Shown here in pieces: positions 29,356-39,028 of a stretch of DNA of 60,000 nt (the first letter of the stretch is position 1; every line of letters starts with the position of its first letter). The notes under the pieces are model-generated. The model was not told the origin of the DNA, did not search any database, and saw nothing but the letters and a program-made list of their open reading frames with translations. Both the position numbers and the translations under genes were made by a program. The DNA is from a virus. Lineage: Duplodnaviria > Caudoviricetes. Location of the stretch: IMG/VR virus record IMGVR_UViG_3300032246_001735, positions 1 to 60,000 of that record; one strand, written 5' to 3'.

Positions 29356-29658
29356 TTAAATTCCTGCAAGTTTGCGTATTGCTTCTAATTCTACATTAGG
29401 TTCTGCTTCTGGTTGTTCTTTTGCTGCCAACTGATCATATTGATCCATGGTCAGCACACCCTGGTTTTTCATTTCAACTAACTTGGAAATAAGATCGTGT
29501 AATTCAGTGTCGGATTTGATTTCTTCTCGAGCCAATTCTAGAATTTTAGTTAATAAAGGGACATCCATGGTCACAGTGTCTACGGGATCTTGTGTTTCTT
29601 TAAGTTTTGGCTTGGCTGGGTTTACCAGGCTGGAATGTATAATAGTAGAATAAGTCAT
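29356..29658 (-). CDS. Hypothetical phage protein
   Basis: Start refined to MTYSTII (TAAATA 5 nt upstream); D.VT.DVPLL..LE.ARE..ends IRKLAGI. Confidence 0.65.
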   Translation of the reverse strand: MTYSTIIHSSLVNPAKPKLKETQDPVDTVTMDVPLLTKILELAREEIKSDTELHDLISKLVEMKNQGVLTMDQYDQLAAKEQPEAEPNVELEAIRKLAGI

Positions 29659-29735
29659 ATGACTATTTAGTTGCTCTTTTATAGTTTTAATCTTATAATA
29701 TTCAGTACAACTATTCGAATAAATATTGTTATAAT

Positions 29736-30245
29736 ATGGCCGCACTAATGTTGAACGCCGACGGAGCACCTATTTCATATTTGCCTCTCTCCATCATTAC
29801 TTGGGAAGAATCCATTAAGTACCTAGTTTTAGAAAAAGCCAGTGTACTTGAATTCTATGAAGATTGGATAGTTCGCAGTGCCAATTGGAGCACACACGTT
29901 CCAGCAGTAATGATCCTAAAAGACTACGAAAAAAGAAAAACCACTGTGAGATTTTCCAAACAGAATGTTTTTTTGCGGGACGGGTATGTATGCCAATACT
30001 GCGGAGTTCAACTGAATAAAAAGACCGCAACTCTAGATCACGTGCTACCAATTAGCCACGGCGGGAAATCCAACTTTGAAAACTGCACTACCAGTTGCGG
30101 ACCTTGTAATGCTGTTAAAGGGAACAATCAGAAAATTGTTCCTGCAGTAAAACCCAACAAACCTAGTTATTTTACACTGGTTGAAAAGAGAAAGAAACTA
30201 AAATGGGAAATAGCCCATTCAAGTTGGGCAAACTATTTAGATTAG
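29736..30245 (+). CDS. HNH endonuclease (McrA/HNH_5-like)
   Basis: NVFLRD..CQYCG..TLDHVLP.SHGG..NCTTSC.PCN..KGN. Confidence 0.9.
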   Translation: MAALMLNADGAPISYLPLSIITWEESIKYLVLEKASVLEFYEDWIVRSANWSTHVPAVMILKDYEKRKTTVRFSKQNVFLRDGYVCQYCGVQLNKKTATLDHVLPISHGGKSNFENCTTSCGPCNAVKGNNQKIVPAVKPNKPSYFTLVEKRKKLKWEIAHSSWANYLD

Positions 30246-30246
30246 T

Positions 30247-30465
30247 CTATTTTTCTCTATATACAATGCGACCTTTGGACAGATCGTAGGGACTCATTTC
30301 TACTTTAACTCGATCTCCAGCAAGAATTTGAATTTTATTCTGCCGCATCTTTCCGCTTATATGGCCTAATATAATTGAGCCTTGTTCTAGTTTAATTCTA
30401 AACATCGCATTAGGAAGAACTTCTTGTATACTTCCATCCATTGAAATTACATCATCTTTAGCCAC
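30247..30465 (-). CDS. infA: Translation initiation factor IF-1
   Basis: [51 protein letters not shown]. Confidence 0.96.
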   Translation of the reverse strand: MAKDDVISMDGSIQEVLPNAMFRIKLEQGSIILGHISGKMRQNKIQILAGDRVKVEMSPYDLSKGRIVYREK

Positions 30466-30510
30466 GGTTTAAATATTTTTCCTTTAATTTAGTAAATTTT
30501 TACTTATGCG

Positions 30511-31812
30511 TTAAATTTTATCACCTGCAGTAAAACCACGAAAACGTTCGAATCGAGGAAATCGAAGACTGTAAGCCTCATCGCTGTCTTGATTCTTAGT
30601 TACACAATCTGCTTTAATTTCGACAATTTGTCCAATTACAGACTGTCTATCTTTCCAAATTTCATCTCGTTGCTCATCAGAGAGTCCTGAGCCCACATTT
30701 ACTCGAATAGTTCTACCTTGATCAATTCCTTCACAGATCAATGCACCCAATTTACCTTGATTCTTGCCTGTGCCTTCTTCAACTGCAACCACAGCAAGAT
30801 CCACAGTGATCACAGGTTTGATCTTGAGCCAACTGTGACTGCGTTTGCATTCATATTTGGCATCGAGGTCTTTTAGCATGATGCCTTCGAACCCATTATC
30901 GATAGCCCATTGGTTGTATTCTTTAAATTCCACTTGGCCTACAAAGGTATCTAGATTCACTTCCTTTTGAGGAATAATGTCAACATTACCCAATTTATCA
31001 AAGACTGCATTTAGTGATCGTAGTAGATTGCTACGACGTCGCTGACCCAAAGTACTTCGTCCCGCTTGAAACTCTGATAGGGGAATAATATCAAACAGCA
31101 TGAGTCTGGCATCTTCTGCCTGCACATTGTCTTTACGATGTACCTGTTTCATTAAGGCCTGAAAACTAGATGAAACCATTTCCCCATCAAGAACTACACT
31201 TCGATCAAACATTGTGATATTTTGTTCAATAGCCTGAGTAATGTGCCCAAAGTTCTCTAGAACTTTTCCGTTACGGGTGTATTGTGTAACTGTTTTACTC
31301 TCTGCATCAATCACTGTTAGAACTCTAACCCCATCTAACTTAGGCTCAATCAATTTTTTCCCGACAACTTTCTTTTCGTGATTGGCACCATCATGAGACA
31401 GCATACATTCGAATACTGGAACAGCATCTTTAACAATTTTGTTAATGGTCTTTTCACTTACACCACAACGTAGATCTTTGATAAGAATCCTTCGATACCA
31501 ATCGTTCCATTGTGTTTTAGTACTGGCGCTGAGTGCTAATTCAATAGCGGCTCGAGCATCATCTCCAGTAAGTTGGCGTGTACTCAAAAGATGAGTAAGT
31601 TCTTTGAACGCAGCCCAAGGCAAGCCTTGTCCATCCGGGCCACCATGAGTAGGTACTTTCTTTACACCAAATGTAATATAGGGACTGAGAGCCAGTTTGA
31701 ATCCTTCAAACAGTTCTTGATTATCTCGTTGTGCCTCTATAATGGCTTCTTTGTTAAGACGGCTAGGGTGATCTTCTAGACTACGAATTACTCGATCACA
31801 GGAGTCAATCAT
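30511..31812 (-). CDS. ATP-dependent DNA ligase
   Basis: Motif I EPKLDGVR, LDGEM, FDII, motif IV EGIMLK, WLKIK, OB domain with SLRFPRF. Confidence 0.95.
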   Translation of the reverse strand: MIDSCDRVIRSLEDHPSRLNKEAIIEAQRDNQELFEGFKLALSPYITFGVKKVPTHGGPDGQGLPWAAFKELTHLLSTRQLTGDDARAAIELALSASTKTQWNDWYRRILIKDLRCGVSEKTINKIVKDAVPVFECMLSHDGANHEKKVVGKKLIEPKLDGVRVLTVIDAESKTVTQYTRNGKVLENFGHITQAIEQNITMFDRSVVLDGEMVSSSFQALMKQVHRKDNVQAEDARLMLFDIIPLSEFQAGRSTLGQRRRSNLLRSLNAVFDKLGNVDIIPQKEVNLDTFVGQVEFKEYNQWAIDNGFEGIMLKDLDAKYECKRSHSWLKIKPVITVDLAVVAVEEGTGKNQGKLGALICEGIDQGRTIRVNVGSGLSDEQRDEIWKDRQSVIGQIVEIKADCVTKNQDSDEAYSLRFPRFERFRGFTAGDKI

Positions 31813-31845
31813 GAATTATTTCCAAATAGTTATAGTAACTATACG

Positions 31846-31874
31846 ATTATAACACAGTTATCAATAAAGGTCAA
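31846..31874 (-). promoter_or_regulatory. sigma70-type promoter for the DNA ligase gene
   Basis: Minus strand TTGACC-N17-TATAAT with TG extension; the -35 contains the TGA stop of the upstream gene. Confidence 0.8.
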
Positions 31875-32374
31875 TCAGATAAAATAATATCTACCGCTCG
31901 GTCAAGAGTGATATAATCTTTTTCAGTAAAATGTGGATAACGTTCCAGAATACGTTCAGTTCCGACATATCCAAAAGATTTGTATTTGACTTTACAGGTA
32001 TAACCGGATAACTTTTCCGACATTGTTTTTAGAGACATTTTTTCGGCTTGATAATTTAACAAATCAAATCTTGATTCCGGAAGATTTACTTCGGTAACCC
32101 TACTACCGATATTAATTATAGTTTTTTCTAAATCAGCCCATCGATTGAAAAAATCGATAAGCATGTAAGTTTGGCCAAATCCATTATAAGCACAATTGAT
32201 AAATGTATCGAAATCTATTGATTCATTTAAAATTTGTTTTCGACTCACGGGATTATTGATATCATATCCATTTGATCTAGAAAATCCCTTACACTCAACT
32301 CCTTGATTCGATAGATGCTCGAATAGTGATTTACCGATTCCATAAGTATGACCGGTTATTGCTACCCTTTTCAT
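31871..32374 (-). CDS. Short SDR/Rossmann-fold protein
   Basis: VAITGHTYGIG, FINCA, IINIGS, Y..K (YQAEK). Confidence 0.75.
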   Translation of the reverse strand: MKRVAITGHTYGIGKSLFEHLSNQGVECKGFSRSNGYDINNPVSRKQILNESIDFDTFINCAYNGFGQTYMLIDFFNRWADLEKTIINIGSRVTEVNLPESRFDLLNYQAEKMSLKTMSEKLSGYTCKVKYKSFGYVGTERILERYPHFTEKDYITLDRAVDIILSD

Positions 32375-32523
32375 ATTGAAAAACTGGATTCGAAAATGTT
32401 TACAGAACGATTTTTCATTTATAAAATTATAATAAATATATTTAACTATAAAACTAGATTAAAGTAGTTAAAAAGATTTAATAAAGACAAAACAAGATAT
32501 GAATTAATTAAAAAGTTCAAAAT

Positions 32524-32862
32524 ATGAAACCATGGCTTAGAGAAGATACCAAAGATTGGATCAACCAAGTAGAGCATCGCATTGAGGATATAGATTACTA
32601 TCTCAAACGCACTATAGAATGGTGTGAGATCAATGAAGTTTACCAAGACGAGCAGGTGTTTATGTGTAGTTTTTTAACCTGTATTTGGGTATGTAGAATG
32701 CGTAATGAGCAAGTTTCATATAATGAACTGCTGGAAATATTGGGACTAGAAAGTCATACTATTCCAAACGCTGATAAATTATATGACCTAGGTCCTATGT
32801 TTGAAAATCTAGATCACGAAGAAATACTCAACTTAGCAGTCAATCACTTTCCGAAATTTTAA
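32524..32862 (+). CDS. Hypothetical protein
   Basis: 112-aa ORF filling the gap, convergent with 32863-33108. Confidence 0.6.
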   Translation: MKPWLREDTKDWINQVEHRIEDIDYYLKRTIEWCEINEVYQDEQVFMCSFLTCIWVCRMRNEQVSYNELLEILGLESHTIPNADKLYDLGPMFENLDHEEILNLAVNHFPKF

Positions 32863-33108
32863 TTACTTGCCGTCGTAGTCCTTAACCGGACCGCCATGTA
32901 TTTCGCTTTTGGCCTTTTTACCTTTAAGACGAACACCGCTACCTTTTCGACCTTGCTGACCAGTACCGGCTGTATGATCAGTGTCATGTGCTCTTAGGCC
33001 CAAACTCACGCACTGAGAATATCTCACATTGCTTAACCGTTTGACAGCACACTGACTCTTAGTGGGATTTGCTATCTTCTTTTCTAGAATAAATTCAATG
33101 GCACGCAT
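32863..33108 (-). CDS. Small basic hypothetical protein
   Basis: Start refined to MRAIEFILE; TAAATA 5 nt upstream. Confidence 0.6.
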   Translation of the reverse strand: MRAIEFILEKKIANPTKSQCAVKRLSNVRYSQCVSLGLRAHDTDHTAGTGQQGRKGSGVRLKGKKAKSEIHGGPVKDYDGK

Positions 33109-33112
33109 GTGA

Positions 33113-33667
33113 TTATTTACCAATTAAATCTGCAAGATTAACCGTTTCCTGTTTAACCACTTGTAGGGCATTTTGATCAAAAGCAATGTAACTCATCTGA
33201 CCGGGATCTTCTATTTGATTTACATATCTAAATCCTTCAATACCGCAGTTTCTTAGAATATTAATAAATTCATCAATAAATTTCTGAGCATTGGGTATCA
33301 GTCGAGCTTTGATTCTAAGACTGATATCAGTTAATTGTTCGGCTCCGCCGCAGGAGTTAATCCTAGGATCCTTTTTTAATTCCGGAATCCATTTAACTAA
33401 CTTTTTAAAATCGCCGGGAGGATCACCTAAATTGGGATAATCTGTCACAAGAGCAGTTTTGCTGGTATCCAAATTTACTGTGTAAATGTAAGCACGAGTT
33501 TTGGACTGCCAGTCGGGCTCATTGGTATGCACTTGCACCAGTCTATCTAATGCAGCCTGACGACTACCCAAATGTGTGAAAGGTCTAAATTTCTTAATAT
33601 TGGGGCTAAAACTGCCATGAAAAGCAGATCCGCTTATGTCTTCAGTTAATAGATCACAGATTTTCAT
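33113..33667 (-). CDS. Hypothetical protein, possible ADP-ribosyltransferase-like fold
   Basis: AFHGS..F..HLGS..AA..IY.V.L..G.EG..Y.N..E pattern; fold is inference. Confidence 0.5.
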   Translation of the reverse strand: MKICDLLTEDISGSAFHGSFSPNIKKFRPFTHLGSRQAALDRLVQVHTNEPDWQSKTRAYIYTVNLDTSKTALVTDYPNLGDPPGDFKKLVKWIPELKKDPRINSCGGAEQLTDISLRIKARLIPNAQKFIDEFINILRNCGIEGFRYVNQIEDPGQMSYIAFDQNALQVVKQETVNLADLIGK

Positions 33668-33671
33668 ACGA

Positions 33672-34397
33672 TTATTTATCGTAGAAAATGTGTGCTCCGG
33701 TTCTGGTTACTCGATTCAACCTCCAGCCTGGGTTAACATAGTAAGCATGATAATGAAAACTAGTCGAATACTTTTTCTTCCATTCCTCATAGCCATCAGT
33801 TATCACTTTCTTAGCCACACGCTGGCTAGCAATCCATCTAGGATTATCATCATCTGGTACCTTAACTGCTTCGCAAGTCCAGGAAAACTGGCAAACAGTC
33901 CAGGTTTTGTTAACTTCTTTGGTTTTATTTTTAGATATCTTAACCGTTTTAACTGCGGAAAAAGAACTACGCTGATAAACTACATCGCACAATGTTTTAG
34001 GATAAGACCTGTTATTCAATCTATTTAAAGTAACAATACCCACAGCAGCCATACCTTCTTCGGGTTCATTGGCTGCTTCGTGGTAAATGTTACGGGATAA
34101 GCAATAAAAATCTTTAGATGTTATAGGTGCGGGAGTAGCAGTTGCTTTTCGAATAATGGATTCTAATGCATCTGCTCCGGCGCCCATAACTCTGCCAAAA
34201 AACCCGGGTTTTTTCTCCGGTTGAACTTGCTCTGCAACTGTGTCAATACCGGAATCAGTCTTTTCTACTATTTCTTGTATAGACTGTTCTGATAAAATCG
34301 AATTGTCAAGATTTAACTTTTCTTCTGCAGCCCGCACAGGAACCGCTATTAAACTAAATGCCAATAATAAAACTCCAAATAAGGTTATTTTGGTCAT
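33672..34397 (-). CDS. SleB-like cell wall hydrolase (Hydrolase_2)
   Basis: Signal peptide; CLSRNIYHEA..E..G..AVG.VTLNR..YP..LCDVVYQ..CQFSW..YHA.YV.P.W..HIFY. Confidence 0.9.
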   Translation of the reverse strand: MTKITLFGVLLLAFSLIAVPVRAAEEKLNLDNSILSEQSIQEIVEKTDSGIDTVAEQVQPEKKPGFFGRVMGAGADALESIIRKATATPAPITSKDFYCLSRNIYHEAANEPEEGMAAVGIVTLNRLNNRSYPKTLCDVVYQRSSFSAVKTVKISKNKTKEVNKTWTVCQFSWTCEAVKVPDDDNPRWIASQRVAKKVITDGYEEWKKKYSTSFHYHAYYVNPGWRLNRVTRTGAHIFYDK

Positions 34398-34411
34398 CAA
34401 ACTCTCCCATA

Positions 34412-34933
34412 TTATTCATAAAACACATGCCTCCCGATTTTAGTCACGGGCTGTTTACCCCATTTGGGGTCAACATAGTCGGCGTGATAAAACAACGACG
34501 CTTTTACTGATCTAACACGAACATTCTCTAAAAGTACCTGTTTGGCTACTTCCATTGATTCTACATAGGCTTTTATATTTATAGGTTTTTTAATGATGTC
34601 TTTTTCACAATACCAGGAAAATTGACAAACTGATTGAACTTTTTGATATATCACCTGACAAACATCACTAGGAAACTTGCCACTTTTTACCCTATTTAGA
34701 GTAACCTGTGCTACAGCAACCTTACCTTCCCAGGGTTCAGATGCTGCTTCGTAGTAGATATTTTTAGTAAGGCAGTCAATATGCTGTGCGTTAAATCTCC
34801 GTGAATTAGTTGCAGATCCCTTATCAACCCAAATCTCTCGTTGTTTAATAGTTAGGGCAGGGGAATCAACTGGCTGGATAAGACTAAAAAATAATAAAGT
34901 CGCAACCAAAGATCTAATAATTTTTTTCGACAT
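34412..34933 (-). CDS. SleB-like cell wall hydrolase (Hydrolase_2), paralog
   Basis: CLTKNIYYEA..E..GKVAVAQVTLNRV..FP..VC.VIYQ..CQFSW..YHADYV.P.W..IGRHVFY. Confidence 0.92.
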   Translation of the reverse strand: MSKKIIRSLVATLLFFSLIQPVDSPALTIKQREIWVDKGSATNSRRFNAQHIDCLTKNIYYEAASEPWEGKVAVAQVTLNRVKSGKFPSDVCQVIYQKVQSVCQFSWYCEKDIIKKPINIKAYVESMEVAKQVLLENVRVRSVKASLFYHADYVDPKWGKQPVTKIGRHVFYE

Positions 34934-35051
34934 TGTTAATTATCTATATGTAAGTTAAAGTTGTTATTAGGTGCAAAAATAGTCGCAGATGCTAGAAGCA
35001 ACCGCAAGTTTACATTAAAAACAACAGGAAATCAAGAAAGGCGTGTGGCTT

Positions 35052-35600
35052 TTATTTGACGCCTATTACCATGTATCTTGTAAATTTCCATTCTGGATAA
35101 TTAAAATCCAAACTACCCCGGTACATTGTATCGGTTAATGAGTAGTTAGCACAAAAATCATCCAGCGAATCACTACAAAAGTAGTGATCATCGTGTGGCA
35201 TATTATTGCCCTGTAGGGCCACTACCGTGCCAAGCGGTATATTATCAAACCATTCCTTTGAAGTAAAATGTTCTGTACTAGTATTAATTATAAGATCAAC
35301 ACCGGTAGGGAGTAATTTGTTACAGTCTTCAGTAATGGCCTTGAACTGCCATTCTTTAATAACCCAATTCTCGTTGAGCATATCTGCTACTGATTCGCAG
35401 TGAGGGTCAATGTCAATACTGCGTATCTCTTTAATTTCTATTCGATTGCGCGATCGTAACAACAGAGCGGTTACAGCATACCAACCACCGTAGATCCATA
35501 TTGAATCTATTTTTTCAAATAGGTCTTCTAGTTGTTCGCAAAGCCAAAGTTTGCTGCCCATTTGCCCACTGCTGAAAGCGTCTTTATCTACTGAGATCAT
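35052..35600 (-). CDS. Putative SAM-dependent methyltransferase
   Basis: Start refined to MISVDK (ATGA overlap); SKLWL, IYGGWY, SIDID, INTSTEH, R.MVIG. Confidence 0.65.
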   Translation of the reverse strand: MISVDKDAFSSGQMGSKLWLCEQLEDLFEKIDSIWIYGGWYAVTALLLRSRNRIEIKEIRSIDIDPHCESVADMLNENWVIKEWQFKAITEDCNKLLPTGVDLIINTSTEHFTSKEWFDNIPLGTVVALQGNNMPHDDHYFCSDSLDDFCANYSLTDTMYRGSLDFNYPEWKFTRYMVIGVK

Positions 35601-36079
35601 AGTTCTTGTATTCGAGATAGAGTTTGATCTGTGGTCTTGTGCCAAACACCTATACCACCGGCTCGATCCCAGTCCATTATATTCTGCAGCCTATCATCAA
35701 TTAAAATAGAATTACCTGTACACCACTTCGACTTATCTTTACTGTATGGACCAAACCAAACTGGAATGGCTGGATAATAACGATTGGCCCATTCAACTTT
35801 GTCATTAAATGCCCAAGGAAAGTCATTGTCTCTAGGCACAGCGGTTAAAAATCTCAACTCATAATTTTTCTTTTGAGATAAGGTAACAGCGGCTTCTACA
35901 ATTAAATCTGCGTCTTTACATTTTTCCAAATCTCTGTAGAATCTCGGATACTGTAAAAATTTATCCCAATCTTCTTTAGGATATTTGGCTCCTTGATCAA
36001 CTAGATACCCAGCAAGTTCAAATGCCCTTTTGCTAAAATCGGCTACTACATCATCCATATCTAAAAATATAACAGACAT
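35597..36079 (-). CDS. HAD-family 5'(3')-deoxyribonucleotidase-like protein
   Basis: IFLDMDDVVADF, FLTA, K..W, ILIDD..N..W..GG.G. Confidence 0.85.
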   Translation of the reverse strand: MSVIFLDMDDVVADFSKRAFELAGYLVDQGAKYPKEDWDKFLQYPRFYRDLEKCKDADLIVEAAVTLSQKKNYELRFLTAVPRDNDFPWAFNDKVEWANRYYPAIPVWFGPYSKDKSKWCTGNSILIDDRLQNIMDWDRAGGIGVWHKTTDQTLSRIQEL

Positions 36080-36093
36080 TCGAAAATCCTTGA

Positions 36094-36216
36094 TTAATAA
36101 ATGAAGGGATCTCTTTCTCGGAGTTCCTTTAACCGTTTTTTATATCTATAATGTCGAATAAGTCTTCCAAACAATAATTCTACTAGAAAATCTTTGGCTT
36201 TGATTATGTATTTCAC
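36094..36216 (-). CDS. 40-aa basic small protein (missed by the ORF track)
   Basis: GAGG RBS, GTG start: MKYIIKAKDFLVELLFGRLIRHYRYKKRLKELRERDPFIY; fills the gap between neighbours. Confidence 0.7.
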   Translation of the reverse strand: MKYIIKAKDFLVELLFGRLIRHYRYKKRLKELRERDPFIY

Positions 36217-36220
36217 AGTA

Positions 36221-36556
36221 TTACCTCTTGTATGCTTTGACCGATGTTATCAATCCATTGCTATCAAATTCTATAACATCTACAACATTTATAAAACTAA
36301 TAGTTTGCTGATCTGTAATCTGAATTTTTATCTCTGCCATTGCTGTATTATCTTTTGTAATTAGATTTATTACCTGGATCACAATGCTATCTACCGCAGA
36401 AAATAATTTTTCATTATTGGCAATTACTTGAGATTTACCCATACAGGTATTTTCCCAATCTTGTAGGAAAATGTCTTCAGAAAACATGTCAGCCAAAGAC
36501 ACAATGTCTTTGTTTTGAAAATGTTTAAAATAATTGTAAACTTTTAAATCAATCAT
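36221..36556 (-). CDS. SnoaL/NTF2-like protein
   Basis: YF..F..KD..L..MFSED..L.DW..G..VVDVIEFD..G.I..V.AY. Confidence 0.75.
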   Translation of the reverse strand: MIDLKVYNYFKHFQNKDIVSLADMFSEDIFLQDWENTCMGKSQVIANNEKLFSAVDSIVIQVINLITKDNTAMAEIKIQITDQQTISFINVVDVIEFDSNGLITSVKAYKR

Positions 36557-37436
36557 TGTCTAATATTTTATTTTCAATGATGTATCTATACAACTCTTCT
36601 GCCCATATCATGTGTCCTGTCTCATTTGGATGCCAGCCATTATACCCATTTACACCACACATTAAATCAACATAGGTTTTAAATGTGCTATTTTTTTCAT
36701 CTTTGTTATAGTATCGAGTAGAGTCTACCTCAGACCATATTAAGTTGTAGTCTGGTTTATAATTGTCCCTAACATTATTTTTGCTATCCGTTATTACATA
36801 AGATGGATAATTTATTTCATTAAGTTCTTTTGTAACGTTAATATCAGTCCATCTATTAATATCGAGATTTTTTATTCTATAAAAGGAATTAAAACTAAGA
36901 AATTTAACTTGTTGCTGTTTACAAAAATTCTGAAAATTGTATACAACGGTTGCATATCGTAACATATACTCTTCAGGATGCCAAAAATTTTTTGAATAAA
37001 TTTTTATAAAATTACTAGTGACGGACTGATCAGTAGATATAGTATGGGGATTCAATTTAAATTTATAATTATGTTTACCATCATCACTTTTATACCAAAA
37101 ATCTCTGCGTTCAGGGCTAGTCCATCCTATTACCACAAATATATTCTTTGAAGAATACTTTTTTTTTCTCAAATACAAAATGTACTCTTGAGTTCTTGTT
37201 AAGATACTAGTATTATCATCGCCAGGTTCAGCCAAATTTACTACTCGAGTTCTTAATTTTTTTGCCAAAAACGTCGGCCATATTCTAGTTGTTCTATAGT
37301 CGTCATTTTCCGCTATAAAATCAATCTCTGTTAAATATTTTATTCTCGGATATTTTTTTAATATTTCTGGATCCACTATTTCACAACCAAAGGTCCAACT
37401 GTCACCATTCGCTATCAAGATCGATTCATCTGTCAT
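36549..37436 (-). CDS. SGNH/GDSL-like hydrolase
   Basis: GDSWTFG, NLAEPGDDN, GWT..RR, HPNETGH. Confidence 0.7.
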   Translation of the reverse strand: MTDESILIANGDSWTFGCEIVDPEILKKYPRIKYLTEIDFIAENDDYRTTRIWPTFLAKKLRTRVVNLAEPGDDNTSILTRTQEYILYLRKKKYSSKNIFVVIGWTSPERRDFWYKSDDGKHNYKFKLNPHTISTDQSVTSNFIKIYSKNFWHPEEYMLRYATVVYNFQNFCKQQQVKFLSFNSFYRIKNLDINRWTDINVTKELNEINYPSYVITDSKNNVRDNYKPDYNLIWSEVDSTRYYNKDEKNSTFKTYVDLMCGVNGYNGWHPNETGHMIWAEELYRYIIENKILDND

Positions 37437-38241
37437 AATCGTTTTCTTTCATTCGATTTATTATTAGTTCAGCGGTGTATTGGTGAGCTGGGAAATCAGC
37501 ATGATGACTTCCTATAGTATCTGGATACTGTTTAGACAAATCAAACCAATTGTGATCAATTAAATCCATACTAGGAATCAATGATTTAAATTTAGGGTGA
37601 TTTGACAAAACTAGACAATTAACACCACTATTTTTTATTTTAGTGTATGCCGATAGTATCAAACCTATGTCATAATCAGTCTTGATACTATTATTTGCCC
37701 ATATCTCCATGTAATGATTTAAAATAGTTTCTAACTTATATTTAGTCTGGCCATGCATTCGGTGATAATAATCATCGTGAATTTTATTTTTCATTCTGTC
37801 CAGATAATCAGCAACCGCAGTTATTTGTTCTGTTAATAATCTAGGGCTGTACTCAGGCTTATCTTTTAAATAAAAATCTAATGGCTCATCATGATGTGGT
37901 TGTGGATGTAGGTGAGGAGGATATTGATGATAGTTTAAATTATTCAAATGTATAGTTGTATAATGATCTGAGTTGTTATCAGACAGCCACTCAACTCTAT
38001 CACAACTGGTAAAACTCAATATTACGCATTTAGGTTTTGGCTTTAGATTACTGGCATATACACCTTGGAGATGAACTGCATAGTTACTAGCACTGCCTCT
38101 CGCTAAGGTCAGTAAATTCCAACCAAAATGATCTGCTACTAGCTGACCGTAACGCTGTTTGACCATGTCCACTAATCCTATGCCGACATTAAAACTATCG
38201 CCACAAATTACCAGTGTATCAGTTTGTGAATTATTATTCAT
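37426..38241 (-). CDS. SGNH/GDSL-like hydrolase
   Basis: Start refined to MNNNSQ; GDSFNVG, LARGSASN, SHHADFPAH. Confidence 0.65.
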   Translation of the reverse strand: MNNNSQTDTLVICGDSFNVGIGLVDMVKQRYGQLVADHFGWNLLTLARGSASNYAVHLQGVYASNLKPKPKCVILSFTSCDRVEWLSDNNSDHYTTIHLNNLNYHQYPPHLHPQPHHDEPLDFYLKDKPEYSPRLLTEQITAVADYLDRMKNKIHDDYYHRMHGQTKYKLETILNHYMEIWANNSIKTDYDIGLILSAYTKIKNSGVNCLVLSNHPKFKSLIPSMDLIDHNWFDLSKQYPDTIGSHHADFPAHQYTAELIINRMKENDYDR

Positions 38242-39028
38242 ATACTTGCTTAAATTCAGAAAATAAGTGTTCACCCCATAGTCTGTGACCTTCGATCATG
38301 GTATGATGATCTTTAGCCATGGGAACTCCATTTTCTTTACAGAATTCACTCATGACATTTTCAGATTCCTGACAGTTTCTGGTATTAAGTATCTGCGGCT
38401 TTTGAACTGCACCGATCTCTGTAGCAAACCTCTCAGAGATATTAAAGCGTTCGTGCTCTGGTAGAGGGACATTACGCCACGGAAGACTGCTAAAGAACAA
38501 ATATTTTATACTTAAATTTTCCAAAACGTTACTCATAAGCCACATTTCTTGTAAAAACTTAGTGTAGTTATTATGATGAGTATAAATGTCAAGCAGATAA
38601 TTTTTTTGCCATGCATCCACACGCTTTAGATAGTCTTGTGAAAAATCAGGCCTGAATGGTGGTCGATGTGAACTAACAGGTTGAGTAGCATTTAACATAC
38701 ACCATCCTTCTTTACCATCATTATGGAGATAAACCTCATTTCTATCAACTGTTGTCCATCCTAAAACAACAATCAAATTTTTGTATTTTTCTTTGGGATA
38801 GCATCTTAAAAAATCACATGTTGTTCTGACCATACGGGCATTGCTACCAGCACCTTGTGCGTTATTGACATGTTCGATACCTAACTTGTCAGAGAATACG
38901 CTCGGCCAGGCTCTTTTCTTCAAGTGATTCCATCGTTGTTCTATAGGAATATCACTTAATTGGGGATCATCCTGAATACCATTACCTGCTGTCCAACTAC
39001 AGCCATTAGCATAAAGAAAATCAATCAT
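38234..39028 (-). CDS. SGNH/GDSL-like hydrolase
   Basis: GCSWTAG, NNAQGAGSN, GWT..DR, DHHTMIEGH. Confidence 0.68.
   Translation of the reverse strand: MIDFLYANGCSWTAGNGIQDDPQLSDIPIEQRWNHLKKRAWPSVFSDKLGIEHVNNAQGAGSNARMVRTTCDFLRCYPKEKYKNLIVVLGWTTVDRNEVYLHNDGKEGWCMLNATQPVSSHRPPFRPDFSQDYLKRVDAWQKNYLLDIYTHHNNYTKFLQEMWLMSNVLENLSIKYLFFSSLPWRNVPLPEHERFNISERFATEIGAVQKPQILNTRNCQESENVMSEFCKENGVPMAKDHHTMIEGHRLWGEHLFSEFKQVYE

Noticed and set aside
2781-29359. Many alternative-frame and antisense ORFs over the tail genes (e.g. MPQ..VLLLHM.., Pro-rich plus-strand ORFs)
   Set aside because: They are shadows of repetitive Gly/Ala/Thr codons in the real minus-strand genes and lack an RBS or recognisable motifs.
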